NCBI GenBank assembly: GCA_016195185.1 | Contig: JACQAA010000054.1 | Coordinates: 92 to 64,091 of the forward strand | Source of the DNA: Pseudomonadota bacterium | Lineage (GTDB): Bacteria; Pseudomonadota; Alphaproteobacteria; Micavibrionales; UBA2020 | Length of the DNA: 64,000 nucleotides | Direction of reading: 5' to 3' | Part shown: positions 1-9,240 of the stretch, in pieces | Layout of the letters: the number at the start of each line of letters is the position of its first letter | How positions within the stretch are numbered: the first letter of the stretch is position 1 | The notes under the pieces: generated by a model | Told to the model about the DNA's origin: nothing | The model's input: the letters and a program-made list of their open reading frames with translations, nothing else | The model's database searches: none | Position numbers and translations under genes: made by a program

Positions 1-146
1 TCGCCATAGTTTTTGACCGCGGTGTCAAACATCTCGCTCATCGTCTTGGCGGCAATCTCCGAATTATAATCAATACCGGGTGGATATGACTTGAGCCACG
101 GGGACAGGGGGGGCGGCGTAGAGGCATCGTCGGGAATCATCGTCAT
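1..146 (-). CDS. acyl-CoA synthetase (long-chain-fatty-acid--CoA ligase, FadD-like); 5' end only, gene continues beyond the window start
   Basis: A reverse-strand ATG lies at 146..144. The translation is MTMIPDDASTPPPLSPWLKSYPPGIDYNSEIAAKTMSEMFDTAVKNYG. This follows the W-L-x-x-YP-x-x-(I/V)...EI...S(L/M)x(D/E)MF(E/D)x(S/A)VxxY opening of E. coli-type FadD. It is partial and so absent from the ORF track. Confidence 0.5.
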   Translation of the reverse strand, partial: MTMIPDDASTPPPLSPWLKSYPPGIDYNSEIAAKTMSEMFDTAVKNYG

Positions 147-341
147 GGTTTCTCTTCCTAAAACATTGGCCAAATTAATCTGTAATCATAGCAGGTTAAG
201 TGCATTTAAAACTCATCGCGCAATCATGATTAAGACAAATTTTTATCAGAAGATGAGCGGCGAGTCAAGTTTTTATTGACATATTTATTTTCCCGATATA
301 ATAATGGAATCGCAAAATTACAACGAATATCAGGTCAGGTA

Positions 342-1433
342 ATGGGAAAACTGTGGCATAGAGTAGCAAACGATCAGGGAAAGTTCGATCTTCGTGAAGT
401 TGACATGAGTCAGCTCAAGATCGACCAGCCGACCATTGTGTACCTGTCCGGCTTTCTTACTAACAATAACCGTCCGGGTTATGTGGCCGGGGGCATTAAG
501 TGCATGGAAGAGCTGCTCAGGAACCGTCCTGAGTGCCCTGTACCGCCCAAGGTCTATGCCTGGTCGCACTCAGGCCTGCGCAATCTCTTCAACCTCGCCG
601 TCTATAATACCTTCCCCTCCTCGCGTTCATCACAGGCCGGCTATGACATCGGCGCCGGCGTGTTGATGCCGCTCGTGACAAAGGGATTCGCAATCGACAA
701 AAGGGGGCATGTTTCCGGCACCCCGATTCCACTCGAGGAAGCCAAGAAAAATGTCATGAATGTCACTCTCTTCGGATATAGCGCAGGTGCAATCGTGGCG
801 CAGGAAACCTTTAACGCCACATTGAAAATGATGAAAGACGTCGGGTATAACGAAAAAGACGCCCGTGAAGTACTGAACGAAGTGGTATTAGTGGCCACCG
901 GCGTGTTTTCCCGCTATACCAAAGAGGCGAACCGTTTTACGACGCTCTATCTGGCTGCCACCAATGACCGTATGATGCGGGCCAAGAACTGGATCTGGGG
1001 CACAACCGGGACATTGCTGCGGACAACCTTCACCGGCTATGCCAACAAGCAGCGGTCTCTGACCGTTCGCCCTCTGTCAGATACCAGTGTGTATATTACA
1101 GCTCCGGTCCGACCCTCTGATTATGAATGGAAATATGATGACAGCGGCAGACCGGTTGAGAAGAAACATTTCGGCCTCCTCTATCCACGCTGGACCGGGC
1201 TGCGCAGTTATCACGAACTGCAGCACTACCTCACGACGGATGAGAAAAACAATTCATTTGCCAACATTGCGCTGTATGCCCTGATCAATGCCGTCAATCG
1301 CCAGGGCACGGTCAAGCCGATGGACCTGATCCAGCCTCCCCCCGCCAATCAGAATGCCTCCGAGGCCTATCGCGCCAAAATAGCCGCGGCCATACGCCCG
1401 ATGCCCCAATCCCTGAAGCGCAAAAACCCTTAA
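342..1433 (+). CDS. hypothetical protein, possible alpha/beta-hydrolase (GYSAG nucleophile-elbow-like motif)
   Basis: The ORF track gives 276..1433 with a TTG start. The first ATG is at 342 (MGKLWHR). LFGYSAGAIVAQE matches G-x-S-x-G. I recognise no other family signature. Confidence 0.45.
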   Translation: MGKLWHRVANDQGKFDLREVDMSQLKIDQPTIVYLSGFLTNNNRPGYVAGGIKCMEELLRNRPECPVPPKVYAWSHSGLRNLFNLAVYNTFPSSRSSQAGYDIGAGVLMPLVTKGFAIDKRGHVSGTPIPLEEAKKNVMNVTLFGYSAGAIVAQETFNATLKMMKDVGYNEKDAREVLNEVVLVATGVFSRYTKEANRFTTLYLAATNDRMMRAKNWIWGTTGTLLRTTFTGYANKQRSLTVRPLSDTSVYITAPVRPSDYEWKYDDSGRPVEKKHFGLLYPRWTGLRSYHELQHYLTTDEKNNSFANIALYALINAVNRQGTVKPMDLIQPPPANQNASEAYRAKIAAAIRPMPQSLKRKNP

Positions 1434-1471
1434 ACTATCTCGGGGGCAGCCCCAGGCAGAGATTGACAGAC

Positions 1472-1495
1472 GGGGCATACAATATAATATGCCCC
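1472..1495 (+). terminator. stem-loop GGGGCATA-N8-TATGCCCC downstream of the hydrolase-like gene
   Basis: A perfect 8-bp stem is seen in the sequence. There is no clear U-tract after it. Confidence 0.3.
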
Positions 1496-1568
1496 CTATA
1501 ATAATATCGGCTGGAACAAGCCTTAATGGCTGAAGCCTGAGCGCCTCTGTTTAACAAGGAGTCTTCCA

Positions 1569-2756
1569 ATGGTAAATCATGTTGCTGTGGTCGGCGTCGG
1601 AATGACCCCCTTTGTAAAACCCGGGACAAGTGACGCCTACCCGGACATGGGCGCGGCAGCAGGGCGCATGGCATTGAAGGATGCCGGTATTGATTTCAGC
1701 AAAATCCAGCAGGCTTATGTCGGCTGGGTTTACGGCGATTCGACGGCGGGGCAAGCGGCCGTCTACAACCTGGGGCTCACAGGTATCCCCGTCGTGAACG
1801 TGAACAATAACTGTTCCACAGGATCAACGGCGCTTTTTCTGGCCCGTCAGGCTGTGGAGAGTGGCGCCGTGGAGTGCGCGCTCGCACTGGGATTCGAGCA
1901 GATGGCTCCCGGCGCGCTGGATGTCGTGTTTCACGATCGTCCCAGCCCGCTGCAAAAATTCCTCGACATTGCTAACGCCAAGTTCGAGGGTGCGGAAAAA
2001 ATACCCATGGCGATACGCCTGTTTGGCGGCGCCGGTTATGAGTATCAGAAAAAATACGGTGCCAGGACCGAGACCTTTGCCAAGGTTCGCGAAAAGGCAG
2101 CACGTCATGCCGCTACCAATGAACGCGCGCTCTTTCGCAAGCCTATCACTGTCGCAGATGTGATGGCGGAGAAGCCCATCTTTCTCAATATCACCAGACT
2201 GCAATGCTGCCCGCCCACCTGCGGGGCGGCGGCGGCCATTCTCTGTTCGCCAAAATTCGCCCGCGAAAATGGCCTGCGCACTGATGTGGTGATCAGGGGA
2301 CAATCAATGGTGACCGATTTCTCCTCGTCTTTCACGGAAGGGTCCATGATCAAGGCGGTCGGCTCAGACATGACCCGCGCTGCCGCCAATCAGGTGTATC
2401 ATCAGGCCGGGGTCAGCCCGGGAGATGTGGATGTCGTCGAACTGCATGACTGCTTTGCGACCAACGAGGTCATTACCTACGAAGGACTTGGCCTCTGTGG
2501 CACCGGCGAAGCGGAAAAATGGATCTGGGACGGACAAAACACCTATGGCGGCCAGGTCGTGACCAATCCCTCGGGAGGGCTACTGTCCAAGGGGCACCCT
2601 CTCGGCGCTACCGGTCTGGCGCAATGCTTTGAACTGGTCCAACAGTTGCGTGATAACTGCGGTGCGCGGCAGGTGGCAAATGCCAAGATCGCTTTGCAAC
2701 ACAACCTGGGCCTCGGCGGTGCCGCCGTTGTTACCCTGTATCAGAAACAGGGATGA
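1569..2756 (+). CDS. SCP2/SCPx-type thiolase (lipid-transfer-protein-like 3-ketoacyl-CoA thiolase)
   Basis: The protein is 395 aa. Motifs seen are [25 protein letters not shown] (nucleophile Cys) and [11 protein letters not shown]. The overall layout matches SCPx/Ltp-type thiolases rather than the FadA/AtoB type. Confidence 0.8.
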   Translation: MVNHVAVVGVGMTPFVKPGTSDAYPDMGAAAGRMALKDAGIDFSKIQQAYVGWVYGDSTAGQAAVYNLGLTGIPVVNVNNNCSTGSTALFLARQAVESGAVECALALGFEQMAPGALDVVFHDRPSPLQKFLDIANAKFEGAEKIPMAIRLFGGAGYEYQKKYGARTETFAKVREKAARHAATNERALFRKPITVADVMAEKPIFLNITRLQCCPPTCGAAAAILCSPKFARENGLRTDVVIRGQSMVTDFSSSFTEGSMIKAVGSDMTRAAANQVYHQAGVSPGDVDVVELHDCFATNEVITYEGLGLCGTGEAEKWIWDGQNTYGGQVVTNPSGGLLSKGHPLGATGLAQCFELVQQLRDNCGARQVANAKIALQHNLGLGGAAVVTLYQKQG

Positions 2757-3898
2757 CCGGCCCGCTCAAGGGACTGAAGGTTCTCGAATTCGCGGGTATC
2801 GGCCCCGGCCCCTTTTGCGCGATGATGCTGGCCGATATGGGAGCCTCGGTTATCCGCATAGACCGCCCCGGTGGCGCCGGCATCGACGGAATAAACATGA
2901 GCCGGGATATCACAGGTCGCGGGCGGCGGTCTCTGGCGCTTGACTTAAAGAAACCGGCGGCAACGGATATAGCCCTGAAGTTAGTTGAACAAGCGGACGC
3001 CCTGCTCGAGGGGTATCGCCCCGGCGTGATGGAAAAACTCGGTCTCGGTCCGGAGGTGTGCCGGATACGGAATCCCCGCCTTGTCTATGGCCGTATGACG
3101 GGATGGGGCCAGACAGGACCACTGGCCAGCACGGCGGGACATGACATCAACTACATCGCATTGTCCGGGGCCCTTTATGCGATGGGCGATCCCGCTCAGC
3201 CGCCCACACCGCCGCTCAATCTGGTCGGTGATTATGGCGGCGGCGGTTTATTGCTGGCGTTTGGCATGGTCTGCGCCCTGCTGGAATCGCGTCAGTCGGG
3301 ATTGGGTCAGGTAGTGGATGCGGCGATGACGGACGGTTCAGCCCTGTTGATGACGATGATCTATGGCTTGAAAGCCTCTGCGACCTGGAATAATGCCCGG
3401 GGGAAAAATTTTCTTGACGGCAGCGCGCCATTTTATGGGTGCTATGAATGTGCCGACGGAAAATATGTGGCAATCGGGGCACTGGAACCGCAATTTTACG
3501 CGCAGCTGCTGGAAAAAATTGGTCTCAGTAATCACGGCCAGCAATACGATTCATCCGCCTGGCCCGCACTGAAGGGCGAATTCGCCCGCCGCTTCAAGAC
3601 AAAGACGCGCGAAGAGTGGTGCGATATCATGACAGATGCTGATGTATGTTTTACCCCTGTCCTCAACCTTGACGAGGCACCGGGTCATCCTCATAACGCA
3701 GCGCGAAAAACATTCCTCTCTTCTGACAGGGTAACGCAGCCAGCCCCCGCCCCACGCTTCAGCCGCACGGCCGCCACACTCCAGCATGGTCCGCCCATGA
3801 TAGGCAAACACAGTTTCAATGTTCTGCAGGAGTTCGGTTTCAGTGAAGATGATTGCCACGACCTGGTGAGAAAAGGCGTTGTGTTTACCGCCTCGTGA
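2753..3898 (+). CDS. CoA-transferase family III protein, alpha-methylacyl-CoA racemase-like
   Basis: [35 protein letters not shown] and [15 protein letters not shown] are CaiB/BaiF family signatures, and the closest resemblance is to AMACR/Mcr. An ATGA overlap (2753-2756) joins it to the upstream thiolase. Confidence 0.8.
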   Translation: MTGPLKGLKVLEFAGIGPGPFCAMMLADMGASVIRIDRPGGAGIDGINMSRDITGRGRRSLALDLKKPAATDIALKLVEQADALLEGYRPGVMEKLGLGPEVCRIRNPRLVYGRMTGWGQTGPLASTAGHDINYIALSGALYAMGDPAQPPTPPLNLVGDYGGGGLLLAFGMVCALLESRQSGLGQVVDAAMTDGSALLMTMIYGLKASATWNNARGKNFLDGSAPFYGCYECADGKYVAIGALEPQFYAQLLEKIGLSNHGQQYDSSAWPALKGEFARRFKTKTREEWCDIMTDADVCFTPVLNLDEAPGHPHNAARKTFLSSDRVTQPAPAPRFSRTAATLQHGPPMIGKHSFNVLQEFGFSEDDCHDLVRKGVVFTAS

Positions 3899-4187
3899 AA
3901 AATGGTTGAGAGCGAATCACCACCGTTGGTGATAACGGCGAGAACATTTAAAGACGGATAGGCATTGGGATTATTTTTTTAATTCCCAGAAAAATAGTTG
4001 TCAGAAGAGCAAACGAAGGCTGTCTTCAGAAATAACCGCAAGGCCGTCACGGCGGCTTAATTTCTGAATATTTTCCGTGACAAGCGGGCACAGAATTCCA
4101 AAAAGAAAAACGGTTCCCGTCTACTTTGGTTTTATAGTTCTGAAAAAGAAATTATCTATCATATAGAAAATTAGTATTGGCTATTGA

Positions 4188-4207
4188 TAACATTATTGAT
4201 AATGTTA
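4188..4207. promoter_or_regulatory. perfect palindrome TAACATTAT-TG-ATAATGTTA, candidate operator upstream of fadA
   Basis: A 9-bp perfect inverted repeat with a 2-bp spacer sits in an AT-rich 330-bp intergenic region. It ends 55 bp before the fadA ATG at 4263. Confidence 0.35.
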
Positions 4208-4262
4208 CTGAAATTAAAAACCACCTGACGTGAATCAGCGCATCAACCGAAAGAGGCTCCCC

Positions 4263-5438
4263 ATGACCGAAGCGAGAAAAGTTGTTATTGCCGGATATGT
4301 ACGCTCCCCCTTTACTCCCGCAGGCAAAGGAGAACTAAAAGATGTTCGCGCCGATGAGTTGATGGCGCAAACGGTGGCTGGCCTCATTAAGCAAACAGGT
4401 GTTGACCCCAACCTGATCGAAGATTTCAAGCTGGGCTGCTCGATGCCGGAAGGCGAGCAGGGCCTCAATGTTGCGCGGCACGTGATATTTGCGGCACATC
4501 TTCCCACGACGATTCCAGCCATCACTATCAACCGCTTCTGTGGTTCATCCATGCAAGCGATCCATGATGCAGCCGGGGCCATTGCCATGGGCATGGCCGA
4601 TGCCGTGATTGCGGGTGGCGTTGAATCCATGAGCCGCGTGCCGATGGGCGGATTTAATCCGCTCCCGAACCCACAGCTCTACAAAGAGTATCCCGCAGCC
4701 TATATGGGCATGGGCGAGACGGCGGAAAACGTGGCTGATCGCAAGGGCGTGAGCCGAGCAGATCAGGAAAAGTTTTCCCTGTCTTCCCAGTTCAAAGCGG
4801 CAGCGGCCAAAAAAGAGGGCAAGTTCAAAGAAGAAATCGTACCTATCGTCAAGAAAGACGGTAAATCCGTGACGGAAGACGGTTGCCTGCGCCCCGAAAC
4901 AACGCTGGAGGGTCTGGCAAAACTGAAGCCGGCCTTCAAAACAAACGGCTCCGTAACCGCGGGCGCCTCTTCACCAGTGACGGACGGCGCCTCCGCAGTA
5001 TTGGTCTGCTCTGAAGAATTCGCGAAGAAGCACAACCTGACTATTCTTGCAGAAATAAAATCTTTCGCCGTTACCGGCCTCGACCCGGACATGATGGGCA
5101 TGGGGCCCGTGAGCGCGGCTAACAAAGCACTGGATAAGGCAGGCCTGACCATCAAGGATATTGATATTTTTGAGCTGAACGAAGCCTTTGCCTCGCAATC
5201 TATCGCCTGCATCAGGGAACTCGGCCTCGATCCCGAAAAAGTCAACAAACAAGGGGGCGCCATTGCGCTCGGCCATCCGCTCGGCGCTTCCGGCGCGCGG
5301 ATTACCGGCAAGGCGGCAAAACTGCTGCATGACGAGGGCGGCGAATATGCCATGTCCGTGATGTGCATCGGCGGCGGTCAGGGTATTGCGACTATCCTCA
5401 AAAAACCCGACAACAGTCACAAGGCGCCGAAACCTTAA
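4263..5438 (+). CDS. fadA: acetyl-CoA C-acyltransferase / 3-ketoacyl-CoA thiolase
   Basis: Motifs seen are NRFCGSSMQA (active Cys), GHPLGASGARI and CIGGGQGIA. The ORF track starts at a GTG at 4230, and the first ATG is at 4263 (MTEARKVV). The protein ends with an extra tail, KKPDNSHKAPKP. Confidence 0.9.
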   Translation: MTEARKVVIAGYVRSPFTPAGKGELKDVRADELMAQTVAGLIKQTGVDPNLIEDFKLGCSMPEGEQGLNVARHVIFAAHLPTTIPAITINRFCGSSMQAIHDAAGAIAMGMADAVIAGGVESMSRVPMGGFNPLPNPQLYKEYPAAYMGMGETAENVADRKGVSRADQEKFSLSSQFKAAAAKKEGKFKEEIVPIVKKDGKSVTEDGCLRPETTLEGLAKLKPAFKTNGSVTAGASSPVTDGASAVLVCSEEFAKKHNLTILAEIKSFAVTGLDPDMMGMGPVSAANKALDKAGLTIKDIDIFELNEAFASQSIACIRELGLDPEKVNKQGGAIALGHPLGASGARITGKAAKLLHDEGGEYAMSVMCIGGGQGIATILKKPDNSHKAPKP

Positions 5439-5463
5439 AAGAAATATATAGGGAGTCCGAAAC

Positions 5464-7974
5464 ATGGCGATCAAAAAAATAGCGGTTATCGGCGCAGGCG
5501 TTATGGGGGCGGGAATTGCCGCCCAGGCAGCAAATGCGGGGTATGATGTAGAACTGCTGGACCGCCCGGCACCCTCTGGCGCTAACCGCAGCGCTATTGC
5601 GGAGGGCGCTCTTGAGAAGCTGCTGAAAACGAAGCCCGCGCCCCTCATGCATCCTAAAAATATCAAAAAGATTCGCGCCGGCAACATGGAAGACGACGCA
5701 GCGCGCCTGAAAGAGTGTGACCTGATTATCGAGGCCGTGTTTGAAGATCCCAAAGTGAAGTTCGACATCTTCCAGAAAATCGACGCCAACCGCAAGGAGG
5801 GCTCGATTGTCGCCTCCAACACCTCAACCATTCCGCTCCATGATCTGATCAATGGCCAGTCCGAGGCCCTCAAGAAAGACTTCGTGATCACACACTTTTT
5901 CAACCCGCCGCGCTATATGCAGCTGCTGGAGCTGATCACCTCCGAATATAATGACCAAGGGAAAGTGGCCGAGCTGACTCAGTTCCTGGACGAAAAAATG
6001 GGCAAGGGCGTTATCCCCTGCAATGATACGCCGGGCTTTATCGGCAATCGCATCGGCACCTTCTGGATGCAGTGCGCGATCAATGAGGCCTACAATAAAA
6101 ATCTTACCATCGAGGAAGCGGATGCCCTCATGGGCAAGCCGCTGGGGATTCCCAAGACCGGCGTATTCGGCCTGCTCGATGTGGTGGGGCTGGACCTGAT
6201 TCCACATATCAGCAAAAGTTTGATATCGAAACTCCCCGTTGACGATGGCTATTGCAAGGGTACTGTTGCCCATCCAGTTATCGACAAAATGATCGCGGAT
6301 GGTTTTACAGGCCGTAAAACCAAGGCAGGGGGTTTCTATCGCCGCACCGAGGCAAAGGAAGATTTATCTGTTGACCTCAATACCGGCAAAACGCGGCCTA
6401 AGAAAAAATCCAAGTTACGCGCGGTCAGCAATGCCGAAAAGAAAGGCATCCGCGGACTGTTGGATACGAAAGACAAAAACGGGGAATATGCCTGGTCGGT
6501 CATGAAGCAGACCCTGTGCTATGCCGCCGAACATGTGCATACGATTACCGGGAATATCACTAATCTCGATCAGGCCATGAAGCTTGGTTATGGGTGGAAA
6601 TACGGCCCCTTTGAGATGATCGACAAGATGGGGACGGACTATTTCATCAAACGCCTTAAAGCGGATGGCGATACCGTTCCCGCCTTCCTGCAGAAGGCAG
6701 CCGGACGCACGTTCTACAGCGTTGCAAATGGCAAACAGCAATTCCTTAACAAAGACGGCAACTATGAAGAAGTGCAGCGTCCTCCCGGCGTGTTGCTGCT
6801 CTCTGACGTCAAGCTGGCGGCAAAGCCGGTGAAAAAAAATGCCTCGGCCAGCCTCTGGGATATCGGCGATGGCGTGCTGTGCCTGGAATTCCACACCCCC
6901 GGAAACACGCTGGATAAAAAAATCTTGAAAATGATCAACCATGCCTGCGATACCATCGGTGATGGCAAGGGAAAATACAAGGCACTCGTCATCCATAATG
7001 AAGGTGAAAACTTCTCCGCCGGCGCTAACCTGAAAGCGGCCGTCGCCGCAGTCAAAGCCAAGCAATATTGGCTGGTGGAGCGACTGGTCAAATTGGGCCA
7101 GAATACCCTGAAACGCCTCAAATACGCACCGTTCCCCGTCGTATCTGCCCCGTCCGGGCCGGCGCTGGGCGGCGGCTGTGAAATCCTGCTCAACAGCTCC
7201 CGTGTCCAGGCCCATGCCGAGACTTATGCCGGACTGGTGGAAGTCGGCGTCGGCCTGCTGCCCGGCTGGGGCGGCTGCACAGAAATGCTGACCCGCGCGA
7301 AACAAAACAAAAGACTGCCGGGGGGGCCCCTACCCGCCGTGGCCACGGTATTTGAAACCATCAGTACCGGGAAAGTCGCCACTTCTGCCTTTGAAGCGAA
7401 AGACCTTTATTTCCTGCGCCAGACCGATGGCGTGACGATGAATAAGTCCCGCCTGCTGGCCGATGCAAAGGCCCAGGCGCTTGAGATGGCGAAAAATTTT
7501 ACTCCCGAAAAACCGTTCGACATGGAGTTGCCCGGCCCCGCAGGTCTTGCCGCGATTGATCTGGCAGTGGACGGCTTTTACCTGAAAGGTGCGGCCACGC
7601 CCTATGATGTCGTGGTGTCGGAGAGAGTGGCAAAAGTTTTGACAGGCGGTGATGACGCCGGCCCCGGTGTTAAACTCAGCCAGGACGATCTGCGTGCACT
7701 CGAGCGAAAGCACTTCATGGCGTCGGTGCGTGACAGCCGTTCATTCGATCGTATTATGCACATCTTCCGCACTAAAAAACCGCTGCGTGAAAAACCTATC
7801 GCCGGCAAGAAACCCGCCGATCTGCGCACGGAAGCTGATCGTCCTGGCGTTCTGACACGCACCCTGGAGCGCGGCAAGAAAACCGCCAGGCAAGCTTTCA
7901 AAGCCGTCTGTGCCAATGACAACAGACATCTGTGCAAAAGTAAAAAACCCAAGGCTCACAAGCCAAAGCCTTAA
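5464..7974 (+). CDS. FadN-type bifunctional 3-hydroxyacyl-CoA dehydrogenase / enoyl-CoA hydratase
   Basis: The N-terminus has the Rossmann motif IAVIGAGVMGAGIA (3-hydroxyacyl-CoA dehydrogenase). A C-terminal crotonase-like segment reads ALVIHNEGENFSAGANL. A further extension of about 60 aa, rich in Lys and Pro, ends in KKPKAHKPKP. Confidence 0.85.
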   Translation: MAIKKIAVIGAGVMGAGIAAQAANAGYDVELLDRPAPSGANRSAIAEGALEKLLKTKPAPLMHPKNIKKIRAGNMEDDAARLKECDLIIEAVFEDPKVKFDIFQKIDANRKEGSIVASNTSTIPLHDLINGQSEALKKDFVITHFFNPPRYMQLLELITSEYNDQGKVAELTQFLDEKMGKGVIPCNDTPGFIGNRIGTFWMQCAINEAYNKNLTIEEADALMGKPLGIPKTGVFGLLDVVGLDLIPHISKSLISKLPVDDGYCKGTVAHPVIDKMIADGFTGRKTKAGGFYRRTEAKEDLSVDLNTGKTRPKKKSKLRAVSNAEKKGIRGLLDTKDKNGEYAWSVMKQTLCYAAEHVHTITGNITNLDQAMKLGYGWKYGPFEMIDKMGTDYFIKRLKADGDTVPAFLQKAAGRTFYSVANGKQQFLNKDGNYEEVQRPPGVLLLSDVKLAAKPVKKNASASLWDIGDGVLCLEFHTPGNTLDKKILKMINHACDTIGDGKGKYKALVIHNEGENFSAGANLKAAVAAVKAKQYWLVERLVKLGQNTLKRLKYAPFPVVSAPSGPALGGGCEILLNSSRVQAHAETYAGLVEVGVGLLPGWGGCTEMLTRAKQNKRLPGGPLPAVATVFETISTGKVATSAFEAKDLYFLRQTDGVTMNKSRLLADAKAQALEMAKNFTPEKPFDMELPGPAGLAAIDLAVDGFYLKGAATPYDVVVSERVAKVLTGGDDAGPGVKLSQDDLRALERKHFMASVRDSRSFDRIMHIFRTKKPLREKPIAGKKPADLRTEADRPGVLTRTLERGKKTARQAFKAVCANDNRHLCKSKKPKAHKPKP

Positions 7975-8004
7975 AGCACCCCCCTCGGGCTGAAGAGATC
8001 GCAT

Positions 8005-9240
8005 ATGTTTAGCGGGGATATGGATAGGGACAAGATCTCCCGCTTCTGGGATTTCGGCCCCGTCAACTACATGAACCATGGCTCTTTTGGCGCCTGTCCG
8101 CAGCCAGTGCGAGAATTCCAGCAGCAGCAACGCGAGACCCTGTTGAAAAACCCGATGGATTATTTTGCCAATGAAAATGATTCTCTCCTGACCGAAAATC
8201 GTCTCTTCTGGGCAGGCTTTGTTGACGCCGACCCGGAAGGCCTGGTGCATGTCGAATGCGCGACGCTGGGGGTCAATACAGTGATGAAGTCGCTGGCATT
8301 ACGCGGCTATTTCCGGCCCGGTGACGAGATCCTCCTGACCAATCACGGCTATAACGCCTGTAATAACGTGGCGCAGGAAATTGCCCATTTAACCGGAGCT
8401 AAAGTCGTTATTGCTCCTGTGCCATTTCCTATACAAACTTCCGCTCAGGTGACGGAAGCCGTTCTTGGCACGGTTACAAAAAAGACCCGGCTGGCCCTGG
8501 TCGATCACATCACGAGCGCAACAGCGCTCATCTTCCCGATCGAAGATATCGTGCGGGGCTTGAAAGAGCGCGGGGTGGAAACGCTGGTGGACGGAGCTCA
8601 TGCTCCCGCCCATGTATCACTGAGGCTACAGCAGCTTGGCGCAGCATTTTATACGGGGAACGGTCACAAATGGCTCTGTGCCGCACCTGGCTGCGCTTTT
8701 CTTTATGTGCGGGAAGACTTCCGCGACCGTATCCGCCCCATGACAACCAGTCACGGGGCCAATGATCCCAACCCCGATATTGCCGCCTTTCAAAAAGCTT
8801 TTGCCTGGCAGGGCACCAGGGACACCACACCCTGGTTTACCCCCAAGATAGCTTTTGAAACACTCTCCGGCCTGCATCCCAAAGGGATGCTGGGTCTGAT
8901 TGCGGATAATCGTCGGCTGGCGCACCATGGCTATCAACGGTTGCTGGATGCCTTGGGACAAAAACCCCATGCACCCGATCATATGCGGGGAAGCATGGCT
9001 ACGATTGTTATTCCCCCCGGAGATCCTGACCGGCTGCGCCATGATATTCGCGAACGGGAGCAGTTCGTAACCCAAATCGGGGCGATGCCGCCCCTGCTCG
9101 GGTCGGGGCGCATATTCCGGATCTCTGCTCAGGCTTATAACACGCCAAAACAATATGAGCGGCTGGCAGAAGTTTTGATCGAGACGCTGGAGCGGGAAAA
9201 GCGCGGCCAGCTTTTGGCGATGCCCGGCAGAAAAAACTAG
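8005..9240 (+). CDS. class V aminotransferase-fold PLP enzyme (isopenicillin-N epimerase / cysteine desulfurase-like)
   Basis: MNHGSFGACP opens the protein and TGNGHKWLCAAPGCAF carries the PLP lysine. Both are typical of this subgroup. Confidence 0.7.
   Translation: MFSGDMDRDKISRFWDFGPVNYMNHGSFGACPQPVREFQQQQRETLLKNPMDYFANENDSLLTENRLFWAGFVDADPEGLVHVECATLGVNTVMKSLALRGYFRPGDEILLTNHGYNACNNVAQEIAHLTGAKVVIAPVPFPIQTSAQVTEAVLGTVTKKTRLALVDHITSATALIFPIEDIVRGLKERGVETLVDGAHAPAHVSLRLQQLGAAFYTGNGHKWLCAAPGCAFLYVREDFRDRIRPMTTSHGANDPNPDIAAFQKAFAWQGTRDTTPWFTPKIAFETLSGLHPKGMLGLIADNRRLAHHGYQRLLDALGQKPHAPDHMRGSMATIVIPPGDPDRLRHDIREREQFVTQIGAMPPLLGSGRIFRISAQAYNTPKQYERLAEVLIETLEREKRGQLLAMPGRKN

Noticed and set aside
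91-279. 62-aa plus-strand ORF in the fadD / hydrolase intergenic region
   Set aside because: It overlaps the fadD-like 5' end on the opposite strand and has no ribosome-binding site or recognisable motif.
4971-5903. A 310-aa minus-strand ORF and other long antisense ORFs (6415-7305, 13313-14185, 18081-19139, 39800-40405, 55873-56805, 34144-34893)
   Set aside because: Each lies entirely antisense to a gene with strong family motifs. Their translations are low-complexity and rich in Arg, Ala, Gly and Pro, which is typical of shadow ORFs in GC-rich DNA.
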